Positions 1 to 11,584 of a stretch of 64,000 nt of DNA are shown one piece after another. The notes under the pieces were generated by a model that worked only from the letters and a program-made list of their open reading frames with translations, had not been told where the DNA came from and made no database searches. Location: assembly GCA_977862235.1 (NCBI GenBank), contig OZ374565.1, forward strand, positions 1,984,001-2,048,000, written 5' to 3'. Numbering within the stretch: the first letter of the stretch is position 1; each line of letters starts with the position of its first letter. The stretch comes from Dudresnaya verticillata. Lineage: Eukaryota. Made by a program: the position numbers and the translations under genes.

Positions 1-1784
1 GAGCCTCTTGAGCTGGGCCATTGCTTCTTCCTTCTGCAAGGGTTTGGTGCACTTAAGCCAGTGCCTGAATTCCTCTGGCCTTACTCGCTTTACCCAGAGT
101 TTCATTTGCTCGTCGTCAAGACCGGAAATAGCCCGACGTACGGCCCTCCCAGGGTAACGGCATTTACCGTTCATACGAAGGACGCTTCCCTCGGTTATAA
201 CTGCAGTGATAGGGGCCTTGGAGGCTGCACTAGTCACTGTAGCATCTACGAAATTCTGGCAGATGACAAGAAGAACGACAGCAGCGCTTACGTGGTAGAA
301 GATCTTCATTCTGAGATGGAGAGTAGGAGAATCGACACTGCCGGTACAGCTTTGTGATGGAGTGTTGTCTGACGGAAGCAAGTTACACCAGAGGTGTGAA
401 CAGAGTCGATGTGCTAGGAGAAGGGTGAAGGATATGGCAGAAACTGCAAGTTGTTGGGTGGAGCAAAGTGGGTGAGTAGATTTGGTCGAAAGGTGTAGCG
501 CAGTCGCGAAAAGATGAGTTTAAGTATTGTAGAGTGCGTCCGCATCGATGCCGCTATGAGGTACTCATCGTGGTCGCCGCATCGACCACACGGCGTGCAT
601 GAGTTCTCAGTACTGGGTCGATTGCGGAGGCGAGTGTGCGTCTTGATCCTCCGAGCATCTTGCTGACGAAATGACCTTGCTTCCTGCGTCAATACTTCTC
701 AGCCGTCAGCACAAACAGCAATGCTTTGCTCTTCTCGACAATCATTAGCAAACTCGAAGTGATGGTAAACTTTTAATGGTTGTTGCGAAGTGGCGAGTTT
801 CTAAGTCTATTTGTGTTTTTGATGTTTTTGATGAGTTGTTGTATTTTATTTGTTGTTTAACGCGGTCCTGTGATGTGAGAGCAGCGACGCCTCTTCGAGG
901 GCTCTATGAAAGGAATTCTCTTCAGGCAGTTCTTGCTTGGGCGCTGTTCTTGCTGTCCAGGGCGACCTCGTTTCGTGCAATGCATCGGGACACTATCTCA
1001 ACATGGGCGTGGGAGCAAGGTGTTTTAGTCGGCGAAGGCGAGGCGAGGGTGCTTCCTGCTGTTGGGTTGGACCAATTTATGAGGACACTGCTTGTAAAGC
1101 ATGGGTCGACAGTTTTGAGCTCTTCCCTTCCAACTGCTGCTGTGAGCGCTGTCCGCATCGCTTGCTGTAACCTGTCGCTACCTATCTAGCCTCGTACTTT
1201 GTGATCTACAGCTTGCAAGGCGTGCGGAAATGGCATTCATTGGCAGGGGAAGCTGGCAGTTGTGTGTTACATGTGTGGCGTATGCTGCGCTTAGTTCACT
1301 GCACGTAGGCACACACATGGATCGCTGTCCATAATAATACATTCAAGCGGATTGTGAGAAGCACCACCGTTCCTGGACAAGCTGTATTAGTGTGCCAAGG
1401 AAGGATAGAACGTAAACGGCAGCTAGCAAAACGTGCTTGACTGCTTCACAAGACTGGCTTCATTCACACAAACTCTTTTCCGCATATGCAAAGTATTCAA
1501 TCACAATTCGCTCTACTTGCAGACGGATATAAAAAGAAGGTTGTGGCAACCGTCGACTGGCAGTTCTGAGTCGGGGAACCATTATCGTTCAATGCATTTC
1601 CTGACCCCCCCTGCAATTAAGTCGTATAACTTCTGCTGTGGCAGAGATGGGAATGCAACGTAGCAGTGGTAGCGGGAACTGGTTACATCAGGTTTACGTA
1701 AAACCTGATAAACCAGGTCCCGATATTGTAGTAGTATAACATCAACCTTCACGTTGTAAAAATATAATCATATGGGTCTTTTAC

Positions 1785-2158
1785 GTACAGGTAAAGAGCT
1801 CTGGTCTCTTTAGTTGACTTCTCGCGGTAGACACGTGCGGACCCGTTCCTTCTCTATCCAGATGTGCCTCTTTTAGTTCTGTTGAACCTTCTCCTTCCAT
1901 TTGCATCCATTTGCACGACCGTACTATTCATAGAGCACAAACCAAAACACGACAGAATACTCTCCATGCCAACAATTGCACTGACACCCGAGACGTGATT
2001 GCTCTCCTCGCCTATACTTGCACTGACACACGAGAAGTGACATGTCGACACTAGTACTTATGGCCAGGCGACATCCGCCACCTCCAAGATAACACCCGAT
2101 CCAGTCTGCCGGGAGGCGACCACCACTAACTGCCCACCCTTTCCCTTGGCCTCTAACA
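1785..2158 (-). repeat. Dispersed repeat (LTR-like remnant), inverted relative to ~44930-45272
   Basis: GTACAGGTAAAGAGCTCTGGTCTCTTTAGTTGA and GCACTGACACACGAGAAGTGACATGTCGACACTA match the reverse complement of segments at 45240-45270 and 45015-45060. Confidence 0.65.
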
Positions 2159-4377
2159 GGTCATTGACGTGCGTGTGTACATATGTCTGTATGTGCCGTA
2201 ACTATTGTTTGATTTTGTTTTTTAGGGTGGTCTGAAGTGTGTTCTGAGACTTTGCAGTAAAATCTTCGATGCGAAAGTAAATGTATAGAGATACAATATA
2301 TATATATATATACTGCAATACAATCTTCCATGCGAAAATAAGTGTATAGAGAGGTACACGGAATCATTTTTTATGATCCAAAGGAAGATTCATTCGTGCG
2401 CAATATTTTTCCTTTGTAGGTAGAAAGGACTCTCTTATCTGTATATCGAGGTATATGTCTGAATCTTTATATTATGTAGCACCGTAGTGTGTAGCCTGTT
2501 ACCCGTTGCGGACAAGTTTTATTTCCCATATATATTGATATTGGAGTTCGTGGCGATGTTTTACAATTGTGACGCCACAGACCCCACAATGAGATATTAA
2601 GAAATATCTAGAAAGGCGTACTTGGAGCCCTTACTCCTTACTCCTACCAATAAACAGTGTTCGTTTCCGGGCGGATTTCTAGCTTTGCATATTACACTAA
2701 GAAATATCTTCGCGTGCAATGACAAATTCTCCGGCTCCACAGAGTGCCTGCAGAGTGACTATCCGCGTTTATCATTGATTTCCAGTTACAGCCTCTAGCA
2801 GTGTATTACTAGGAAGCAACGAGCTAAGCCATTTTATGAAAAGCATCCGATTGTGATGTTTGATTTTAGTGTTTGTTTAACGTGGTCTTGTGCGATTGTG
2901 GGTGCGCTCACCCTTTCATAAAATAAAGGTTGCGCTCCCCGTTTCATGAATCACTTGAATCAATTCCCTGATTAAGATTAATCTTTTCGATTATCGTTGA
3001 TACACTGCGCCAGCGCAGATTTCAGCAATATATTTCTATTACAACCCGATCGCGTTTATAGATTTATTACTCTAACGCGTATACTACTTGATGGCTAGCG
3101 CAACTGTGGTATCCTCGTTTCAGCACGCACGCTCTGCAGTTTGCGCTGCGTTCCAATACTGCCAATAGGAGCAGTAAAGGGGGAACTTTGTTTGACTCTT
3201 CATCAGTCGTCGCTCACTCGAGGACGGCAGCGAGAGAGGGAATCGATCCACGAGGTAAACTGAGACTTATTTCATAAGCCCTCTCAGCTGGTCTGAAGAG
3301 TCTTTTCTATGTAGTTCGAAATACAATAGGTGTGTTTCGCAGTCTATCTGACATGGAATAGTTTTTTTCTTTCTTAGGATGAAAGCAAGCAACTATCGGG
3401 TTGATGTTGTACATACGAGAAAAAGTCGAGCTGTTGATCAATTGTAATATTTTGTGCAATAGAGGAGCCATGCTGAGCACCTTGGGATTTCCCTTTCTTT
3501 CTTCCGTAGGGACAGTGATCGAACAAAGAGTTGCGACTCTACTATCTGACGATGTTTATCGTTACCCATACGGACAGGTATTTGCGCGACGCGGGGCGCT
3601 ACAACGGAATCTGAGCAAACGCATTCATCGAAGACCTGAGGGTCACGCAAATATCTTCTCCTTCCATTATAACTGTTTTTCTCTTGGGCCGTACCACCGT
3701 TGTCTCCATTCACGATGCAGAGCGATGCAGGTACTAGCGGCTCTGGAGCGCCCTGTCCCAGAACGTTTGTAACTGCCGCCATCCGCAACGGACAGCGAGA
3801 AAATAATACCAGTCACCCAAAGTAACTGACCGGCTTACAAAGCTTGCAACCAAGTCCATGCATCGAAGCGGTGCGCGGTGCAAGATTCGCAATCAGCCAT
3901 GGGCCACCCGAGGGACTTGCAACACTCGCTTGTTCGCACCCGACGGGAAGCACACCTGTACAGTATTTTCCTGCGCACAGAGTACTGCTGGACATGGTCC
4001 ATGCCACCTCGAGTTTCGCCCACCAGCGCCCGGCTCTATGCCCCGCTTGAAAATTATTGGGCGCTATATTTGTGACCCCCGCGGCACGGCCCAAGCGACT
4101 GCGATCTGGTGTGTCCGCCCGGTCCGGCGCTCAAAAGTCTTGAGTGCTTCCGTGCTTCAGAAGTCCTTGTACAGCGGCTCGAAGGTTTGAGCAGAGGGAA
4201 GAGCTACTGGGTCTACTTTGGCCTCCTCTGCGGAATCTTTCCCGAACCAATAACAGTTTAATCTGGGCCTCCTGTGTATTCCTGGCGCAGAACAAACTAG
4301 CAGCCTTGCGATACGTGCAGCACATAGCTTTCTAATGCTTCCTCAGTGCATAGGAAACATAGGTCGAGAACAGCAAA

Positions 4378-4884
4378 ATGCCAGCAATTCGTCTGCCTCA
4401 AACCGTAGCCTATCGACGAGACGCCGATTTGTGGAAAGGTATGCATCGACTGAAAAGGAAGATTCACGATTTGGACGAGCAGCGCCGAGTAATTCTCGGT
4501 TCAAGAGTTCCACTGCAATCTTTCGAAGAGTTGTGCCACAACGGTTTTGCAAACGAGAAGGATGGAGCTGTCATGCTTAAGATCAGCAAGGAGGACAATG
4601 GGGATGGTCTCAATTGGATTCGCAAACCACGAAGCGAAGCTAGACCATGCCCGCCCATTCCCCGACAAGCTGAACAGGTCCGTTCCAAAGAGAAAACGGT
4701 TACTTTCGTCGACGTTGTCTTCGTTCGAAAGTTCTCTCAGTACGGTGACAGCGCGTACGTTTCTTCGGATACGCTTGACTGGTTGAATATTGCTGAGGGA
4801 CGGGGCAATTGTAAGAATATTGGCAAGCTTGGTGATGCTGGCCATGAACAGCGGGAGACGGTGGCAAGAGGCTCGAGCGAATGA
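4378..4884 (+). CDS. Hypothetical protein (168 aa)
   Basis: ATG-initiated ORF with a coiled-coil-like stretch (LKRKIHDLDEQRR) and a KTVTF (RVxF-like) motif; no other support. Confidence 0.25.
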   Translation: MPAIRLPQTVAYRRDADLWKGMHRLKRKIHDLDEQRRVILGSRVPLQSFEELCHNGFANEKDGAVMLKISKEDNGDGLNWIRKPRSEARPCPPIPRQAEQVRSKEKTVTFVDVVFVRKFSQYGDSAYVSSDTLDWLNIAEGRGNCKNIGKLGDAGHEQRETVARGSSE

Positions 4885-6579
4885 AATGGTGGTTGCGGTC
4901 TTGAGTGAAGAGATCAGACTTGGGTCAGCGGTGTTTCGCAGCGCGCTTTTGTTATGTTTTTGTTGGTTTGTTCTCAGAGTGGTCCCACTTGGGCGACGTT
5001 CGATAGGCAGAGACAAAATACTTGGAGCTGTCAGGATACTGGGTTTGCTAAACAGCAGAGAGAGGGGGGACCTTATTCAAAGAAAGTGAAAGGAGCTCCA
5101 CATGGCAGTAACCACGACACCTCATATGAAAGAGAAACCTAAAAGCAACAGCAGCTTGAACAAGATGCCGTCCCACGACAATTTTCACTGGAACGAGGGA
5201 AGCTTACCACGAATGCAGCTTTTTAGGACATGATATGGAGCTATTCTTCCATGGAAAATTGGTGCTTCAGGCAGTGCTGACAAGCATATCGCACTCTCTG
5301 AAACCAAGCGTCCCATTAATCGCAAGATCACAGCAGGTGGCGAAGACAAACACGACTTGCAATGGACCGCATGAATACTACATACCAATCTTCGCTTCAA
5401 GATGAGAACAGTGAGCAGCGCCTGCCGAATATAGCTAAAATCTGGAGCAACATCTCCAGCCCCCGGTGCAAGGATTAGCGTACCACAAGTCAGGTGGGCA
5501 GGTTCTAATGCTGTTGCTGCAGCGAGGAGGGAAACAACATTCAACCTAGCATATTGAAAGTTTGAGTAAGGGGGGAAGAACGGATTGCGAGTATAGACTG
5601 GATGCGCAATGGGGGCGGTTTGCTTTGAGAACGACCCTCTACGTCATTTTTGCGCAAGGGTATGACTGGTGGGCCAGATACTACGAAGGGATTGCCGGGG
5701 GTAAACAAAGCCGCACATGCCGGGTGACATGAGCTTGGAGTGGCTCAGGTACTAAGGACTCTGCGTTCGGTTGGAAGTTGGAGATGCACAAGACCCTCAT
5801 TGACTCATGTAGCGAAGTCTTGTACAAATTGTAAAAGTTTCAAATGCACAAGCGTCGCGAGCTTACGAGCATTCAAACCGCGTCTGGTACTTGGGGCGAG
5901 CCTTCGGATAAATTGCCAAACTTTACTGCAAGTCCCTTCTCGAGTGGGATTCGGCATCCGGAAATGTCGGAACAGGGCAAATATGAGCGTGCGAGTCTAC
6001 CTGCTCGTTCGCTTCTAGCCATTTTGCAATTGAAAGGATGCTTGTTTGCTAATCATTTCTGGTGGAGGGCGTGTTGTGCACACTCGAATGCATCCTTGCA
6101 AGGCGATCTCAACCCACCACTGTGTAAATTGACTGGAAGCTCCTCGGAACCGCGAGAGAGAGAGAGAAGAATGCCAAGGAACTAAGAAAAGCTTCTGAAG
6201 CAAAAATGAGCATCATCATTATTTATCGTGTATGGGTTGAGAGAGGGGCCATTTTTATGTAAAAGCTGAAGAGGGACGCTAGTTCAACTTGGAGGCTACA
6301 GGAAAATAGAAAGGGAAGTTCGAAGTCGGTTGATGGCTAAAGACTAATAGCGCAGCACGTGAGAAATAAACCAGCAGTGAGAGCTGTTGCTGAAGCGAGA
6401 TACCATAGTAGCGTTCAACTTTTTAATTTCCTTACTTCGGCGTAATGACCCACGAGAATTCAAGTGAATGGATCCCAGTGGACACTAACACTATGGTTTG
6501 TTTGTCGATTCTGAGTTTTGTAATTGACCTTAAGGGTTTGGGATGCGCTTAGACCATCACTCAGAACATCTACATTATC

Positions 6580-6900
6580 CTACGGGCAAATGGCATGGAG
6601 GATGAAGAAACAATGGTGGTACAGCCCATTATTCACACCAGTACAAGCCTGTAGGCACGAACGACAAGTGCCACGGTGAGCTTCACAATCTCCAATCGGG
6701 CCACGGTAGTAATGGCAACGGTGCCAAGAAGAGGAGCAATGCTGCTGGAGCGTCTGTCTCATAAGTTTGCCCTTGATTTTCATTTCAACCCCGTCGGTTT
6801 GGATAGGTTTGTTGATGATATTCGCAGCTTCACTAAAAGCCAATGTACTGAACACAGAAGCAGCGAGCAAAACGGCCATGAACTTGTTGGTGAGTGCCAT
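6580..6900 (-). CDS. Secreted 8-Cys prepropeptide, family A copy 1 (106 aa)
   Basis: Hydrophobic N-terminus ending FSEA; spacer; C-terminal ~58 aa domain C-x6-C-x9-C-x6-C-x2-C-x3-C-x10-C-x7-C shared with three paralogues; TATAAATA on the minus strand at 7018-7025. Confidence 0.88.
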   Translation of the reverse strand: MALTNKFMAVLLAASVFSTLAFSEAANIINKPIQTDGVEMKIKGKLMRQTLQQHCSSSWHRCHYYRGPIGDCEAHRGTCRSCLQACTGVNNGLYHHCFFILHAICP

Positions 6901-7017
6901 GTTTGGTACTTGCGAATTTCTTAAAATTACGATTGAGAAGCTAGTCCTTTCTGAGCCGAATAGAGTGGTTGTGTTGATAGTCTTGGGTGCGAGTACGCAG
7001 AAGTATGGCGAGCCTGG

Positions 7018-7025
7018 TATTTATA
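7018..7025 (-). promoter_or_regulatory. TATA box of family A copy 1
   Basis: TATAAATA on the minus strand 125 nt upstream of the ATG; similar spacing in the paralogues. Confidence 0.6.
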
Positions 7026-9095
7026 CAGTTCAGTACTGGTTAAGCTTTGGAACAGATTCTACCATTTGACCAGCCCAGCGCATGTGAGGAGACTCTTCAT
7101 GCAATGCGTTGAATCTCGCCTTTCTGGATAGCAATTGCCATCATCGCCTCGCCTGTCTTTTAATATTGTGAACGCTCTGTTTGCCTCTTCAACAAACTCG
7201 AGATGCATACCTACTTCCAAAACACATACATGTGAGACGAAAGTTCAGAACCATTGCTTTCAAAGAGTCGTTCAATTTCTATCAAACAAGTCCTCTTGAG
7301 GCAGCTATTTTGAGCAGGTAAAGTATTCTTTCCGAAGTTGGCACCTGAATTGCAGCAGCCATTCCAAATAATATTTACCTTTATACTCTCTGCTAGTCCT
7401 AGACCTTTAGGGACGTTTGCTCTATAACATGTAGAAACATAGCTAGGAAGTGGAGTATCGTTGCAAGTATATTCATGTTCTAGAAAGACTCTGTATTGTG
7501 GTTCCATTGTCTGGCAATATCCTCGCAGACGTGTGAAGCATCGAAGAAGACATATGCAGAGAAAAAATACTATGATGATTGTGTCCAATAGATTGTGATG
7601 CGTTTGAAGTCAAGATGAGAACAAGCAAGCGTGTCCACATCTGCTGGTCAGTCGCGTCAGTCGCCAGCCGAAGGTCATCCGATCGGAAATGAATGTGGAA
7701 AATTTAGTTTCATTTGATAAGCTGTTGACAGCAAGGGCAGCATTGTTTCTCAGTAGGCCTCCTGCCGTACCTCGTCGCCAGGCAGAGAAACATACTTGAC
7801 GGCTATTTTGAAACTCAGAATGCATCACGGCTTTAATAACTCCCACCTCGTCACGGAACATGCAACAAAACGCCCATGTGCATGACAGTAGAGCATTCGA
7901 GCAGTTCGAGCCACTGCCTATCTTTCCAATAGTCGTGCCTCACCGTTATCACAATTCAGTGACATATGCTTCTTGCCACGGCAATATGTTGGACTAGACG
8001 AGCATTTGTTTTATCACTGCCGTGTGATCTCTTTTGAGACCGACTACAACGAGGACATTGTAAGCAAGCTCTAAACCAACAAGGCTGTGGAAATATTGGA
8101 AGTCAGAATTCGTCACTGCCTAAAAAGTAGCTCCAGTGTTCGAGAGAATGCTGCCACACAGAGCTGCTTTGTGCTATGTCTGATCTTAGTTGTCTATAAA
8201 GCACATCAAGTACTTCTCTAAAGCCCTACATATGTATGGGGTCCGAAAAAATCCGTCAGCACCAATCAACAGGCCATGCTTCAGAGGGGGAACCCCCTTG
8301 AGTGTGCAAATATTTCGACGTAGAATTTTCTTCGAAAGCGCTGAGTTTGCCGGTTCGATGTAAAGAGCCCAACATGAGCAGATAATCGGATGATACAGAC
8401 CTTCAAAAAGTCATTGGAATTTGTCACTGAGACAAACCATCGATTATTCTATACAAGACGGCAATGACAACGGAAAGAATTAGTTTTGATACCACCTTTA
8501 GAAAAAGACGCTCATGCAATAACATACAAACGCGACCCACGTATTTGGGCTGAGGTTGTTCGAGATTCCATATGATCCCATCCTGACAAAGAACGTTTCC
8601 CTTCCTAGCAGTCCTATTCGTGTAGCGAAATGGAGAATATATCTCTAGATATACACTGACAGCTAGCCGAAGGAGATTCTTTGAGATTAGGCTCAGCAGC
8701 TTACCACTATATTTAGTTCACCTCTAGATATATTTACATCATTTTCTTTCGCCCATTTTGTTCGAAGTCTGCTGCTACAACTAAAAACACCTGACTCAAA
8801 CACCTTGAAAATATTCTAGTTCCTGTTCAGGCACAATTTGTATTTTGCACATCACTGACACACTGCTCTCAAACACCTTTTTGTGCATTCAACGAAGCTT
8901 TGATCCGCAGTGAACCGCCTTGTGAATCTGGAAGCACGAACACGGTAACGGAACTGTTTTCTCCTACCCATGTTTCGATATTCTAGTCAACAGGCTTCAA
9001 GGCTTTCGTTCCTAGCAGACTGGCAACGGTCCAGCTTTCCACTGATATCACACAGAATAGAGCGGTTATCACTCTTCAGTTCTGCATCGAGTGAG

Positions 9096-9103
9096 TATAA
9101 ATA
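9096..9103 (+). promoter_or_regulatory. TATA box of family A copy 2
   Basis: TATAAATA 112 nt upstream of the ATG. Confidence 0.65.
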
Positions 9104-9207
9104 CTTTGCTTTCAATTGCGGAAAATAATTTTTGCTCTCTCCCATTACAACGAAACCAACCATCTAAGCCTTGCCCACAGCAATCAATCAAGCTCTTCAC
9201 GAACATC

Positions 9208-9537
9208 ATGCCTTTCTCAAAGGTTCTCTCCCTCGTCTTCGCCACTATCCTTCTCTGCAGCTTTTTCGAGATTTCCAACTCTGCCAAAATAGTCCCTGCT
9301 CATGATGTGGTGAAAGGAGTGAATGAACAAGATCACAAGATTGACGACAAATCTGTCAAGCAGACAATCCAACAGCATTGCTATTCTTCCTGGCACCGCT
9401 GCATCTACTACCGTGGTACGATCGGAGACTGTGAGGCCCATCGTGGTACCTGCCGCTCCTGCCTACAGGCGTGTACTGGTGTGAACAACGGTCTTTACCA
9501 TAGCTGCTTCTTTACTCTGAACGCTATTTGCCCGTAA
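9208..9537 (+). CDS. Secreted 8-Cys prepropeptide, family A copy 2 (109 aa)
   Basis: ATG at 9208 (MPFSKVLSLVFATILLC) is the first ATG after TATAAATA at 9096-9103; same 8-Cys domain. Confidence 0.88.
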   Translation: MPFSKVLSLVFATILLCSFFEISNSAKIVPAHDVVKGVNEQDHKIDDKSVKQTIQQHCYSSWHRCIYYRGTIGDCEAHRGTCRSCLQACTGVNNGLYHSCFFTLNAICP

Positions 9538-11154
9538 GGAGTTGTCGTACAGATTGTACCAGCAGAAGCACCAGAAACAAGATAGGAACACTGCATTTTA
9601 GCTGCAAACCATTCGAGTTACTTCAGTATCGTAGAGTCTTGGACGCTTGCTTCTTTCTCTCGCCTTGGGCATCTTAGTATCAGTAAACATTCGTGCCTTG
9701 GTTTAAAAACTTTTATTCGCCTTTAAATATTTAGAAATAGTAACACGAAACAATTGTAGAAACATAATGCGAAAGATCTTAGGTAGGGACCATCACGGCA
9801 CTACTGTGCTACAGGAAGATAGGCCACAAGAAATCAGGAATAGCTTAGTGCCATCTTTTTGCGTGGTCCGCCATGGAGGTCGTCGGGTTGAGTCCCGCGG
9901 GTGTGTGGCACAGATGCCTGTTCTTGCGGAGCTGGAGAGTAATCTACACTATCCCAGTTCCAGAATTGGGGGAAGGAACTTCATGAGCAGTCTAATCAGT
10001 ATATCAGGATTGGAGAACATATTTAGAGACCACTTTACTCGAAACATAACAAAGCTCCAAGAGAGGGTGCAGCTAGACTCAAAAAGCTGGAAAGCTATCT
10101 GTAATGATCTTAGATTAGCTCTAAGAGAATAAACTGAGGTTACGCAAGAAAAAGAACGAATGGGCGAGACGCGAATGCTTTTCTATGAGGGGTTCGGTAT
10201 CTTGCTCATTTGCGAGAAACTCAAGGAGGTCGGCAAACTGTCACCTGCGATAACAGGAGTCTGGTTTTGATAAGACGTGAAATGCACTGGAAACCTCCAT
10301 TTTCTAGAGGAACAGATAGGGAAGAATCCCTGCCATCCATCTCTGTTACTCAAGAGATCGTTAAGACTTCTCCAAATTTAATGGATCTGTAGCTGGTCTG
10401 TCTCCATTATTTAGGGGCAGCATCGCAATCATAAAAATGTCCTTCAGAGCCTACCCATAAATCTTTGGATCTACTAGCTGAAAGCGTAGATAACTAGAAT
10501 GTGTTACGAAGTTAAATTGCCATCTTCGTTCCCCAACTCCTAAACGATGGGACAATGGGAGAGCAAGTTCATAGATCACAACTTCATTCATTCACCTTAT
10601 CAGTGGAGTCGTTCCATTGTAGTTAAGGGGGGCTTAGGACCTCTACTCATCTAAGAATCTCTTTTCGTTAACAAATACCAATTCTTTGGCTCTTCAGTCA
10701 CTTAGGTTGTGATGAAAGTTGTGATGATGATGATGTGACTTAGGATACATGTCAATCTTAATCAATTGTTTGTCATGCCCGCATTTCCCTTTTGTCTACA
10801 TAAAGCGACCGCAAAGTATAGTGAAACGGGCGTACCCTCCTTTTGGAAAAGTTACCTCCACCATCAGTACCTTATACTTTTTGAATCCGAAAACAATCAC
10901 TTGCATGCTAATCTTAGTGTATAACACCTATGTCAACATTTCAGACGCGTTCTATACACGCTCTAGACAGTGAACCAGAAATGCATAGCCAGATCAAACC
11001 AACGAGAATTTAAATTTTCGACTCCTCTACAAAACTAGGAAGCCAGATCTGACCATTCTATATCGGAAGCGGAACTTCAGGCATTGGAATGCGGCCAACT
11101 AATAAATGTCGCATGGGATATGCAAACATTTTGGTAGACATATTTTCCTTTTTC

Positions 11155-11472
11155 TTACGCACAAATCGCATTCAAAGTGTTGAGGCAAAGGCCAAACAAC
11201 CCGTGGTTCACACCAGTGCACGCCTGAAGGCATGTGCGGCAACCAGCTCGATGAGCCTCGCAATCCCCAACTGGGCCACGATAGTAAGTGCAACGGTGCC
11301 AGGAATCAAAGCAGTGCTGTTGAATTGGTGTCATCATCCGAAGCCTAGCCAATGCTATGGTGCTCTCTTCATTGCTTCGCTTGAAAGAAGATTCTTCAGC
11401 CTTGATGTTCAAAAAGAGGGACTCCATTAACACTGCCAAAAGCAGGAAGGAAGTAATCTTCGCGGAGATCAT
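11155..11472 (-). CDS. Secreted 8-Cys prepropeptide, family A copy 3, most divergent (105 aa)
   Basis: ATG at 11472 (MISAKITSFLLLAVLM); all 8 Cys and their spacing retained; TATAAA on the minus strand at 11579-11584. Confidence 0.82.
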   Translation of the reverse strand: MISAKITSFLLLAVLMESLFLNIKAEESSFKRSNEESTIALARLRMMTPIQQHCFDSWHRCTYYRGPVGDCEAHRAGCRTCLQACTGVNHGLFGLCLNTLNAICA

Positions 11473-11578
11473 TTCGGTTTGGTTGCAATAGTCGATAAGA
11501 AATAAGACCAATGATTTCAAGAATGAGAATTGCCCGACTTAACAAAGGATCGAAGCCGATCTTGCCAGGGTTTGTGAC

Positions 11579-11584
11579 TTTATA
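11579..11584 (-). promoter_or_regulatory. TATA box of family A copy 3
   Basis: TATAAA 112 nt upstream of the ATG at 11472. Confidence 0.55.

Noticed and set aside
61..6200. Numerous short ORFs at 0-6 kb (also 12-14.7, 16-17 and 38-39 kb)
   Set aside because: No recognisable motifs or consistent frame; probably decayed TE or intergenic DNA, but I cannot assign them.
9091..9207. ORF-track N-terminal extensions (9091, 11520, 30546, 40426)
   Set aside because: Non-ATG starts that overlap TATA/5'UTR regions; paralogue alignment and signal peptides favour the downstream ATGs.
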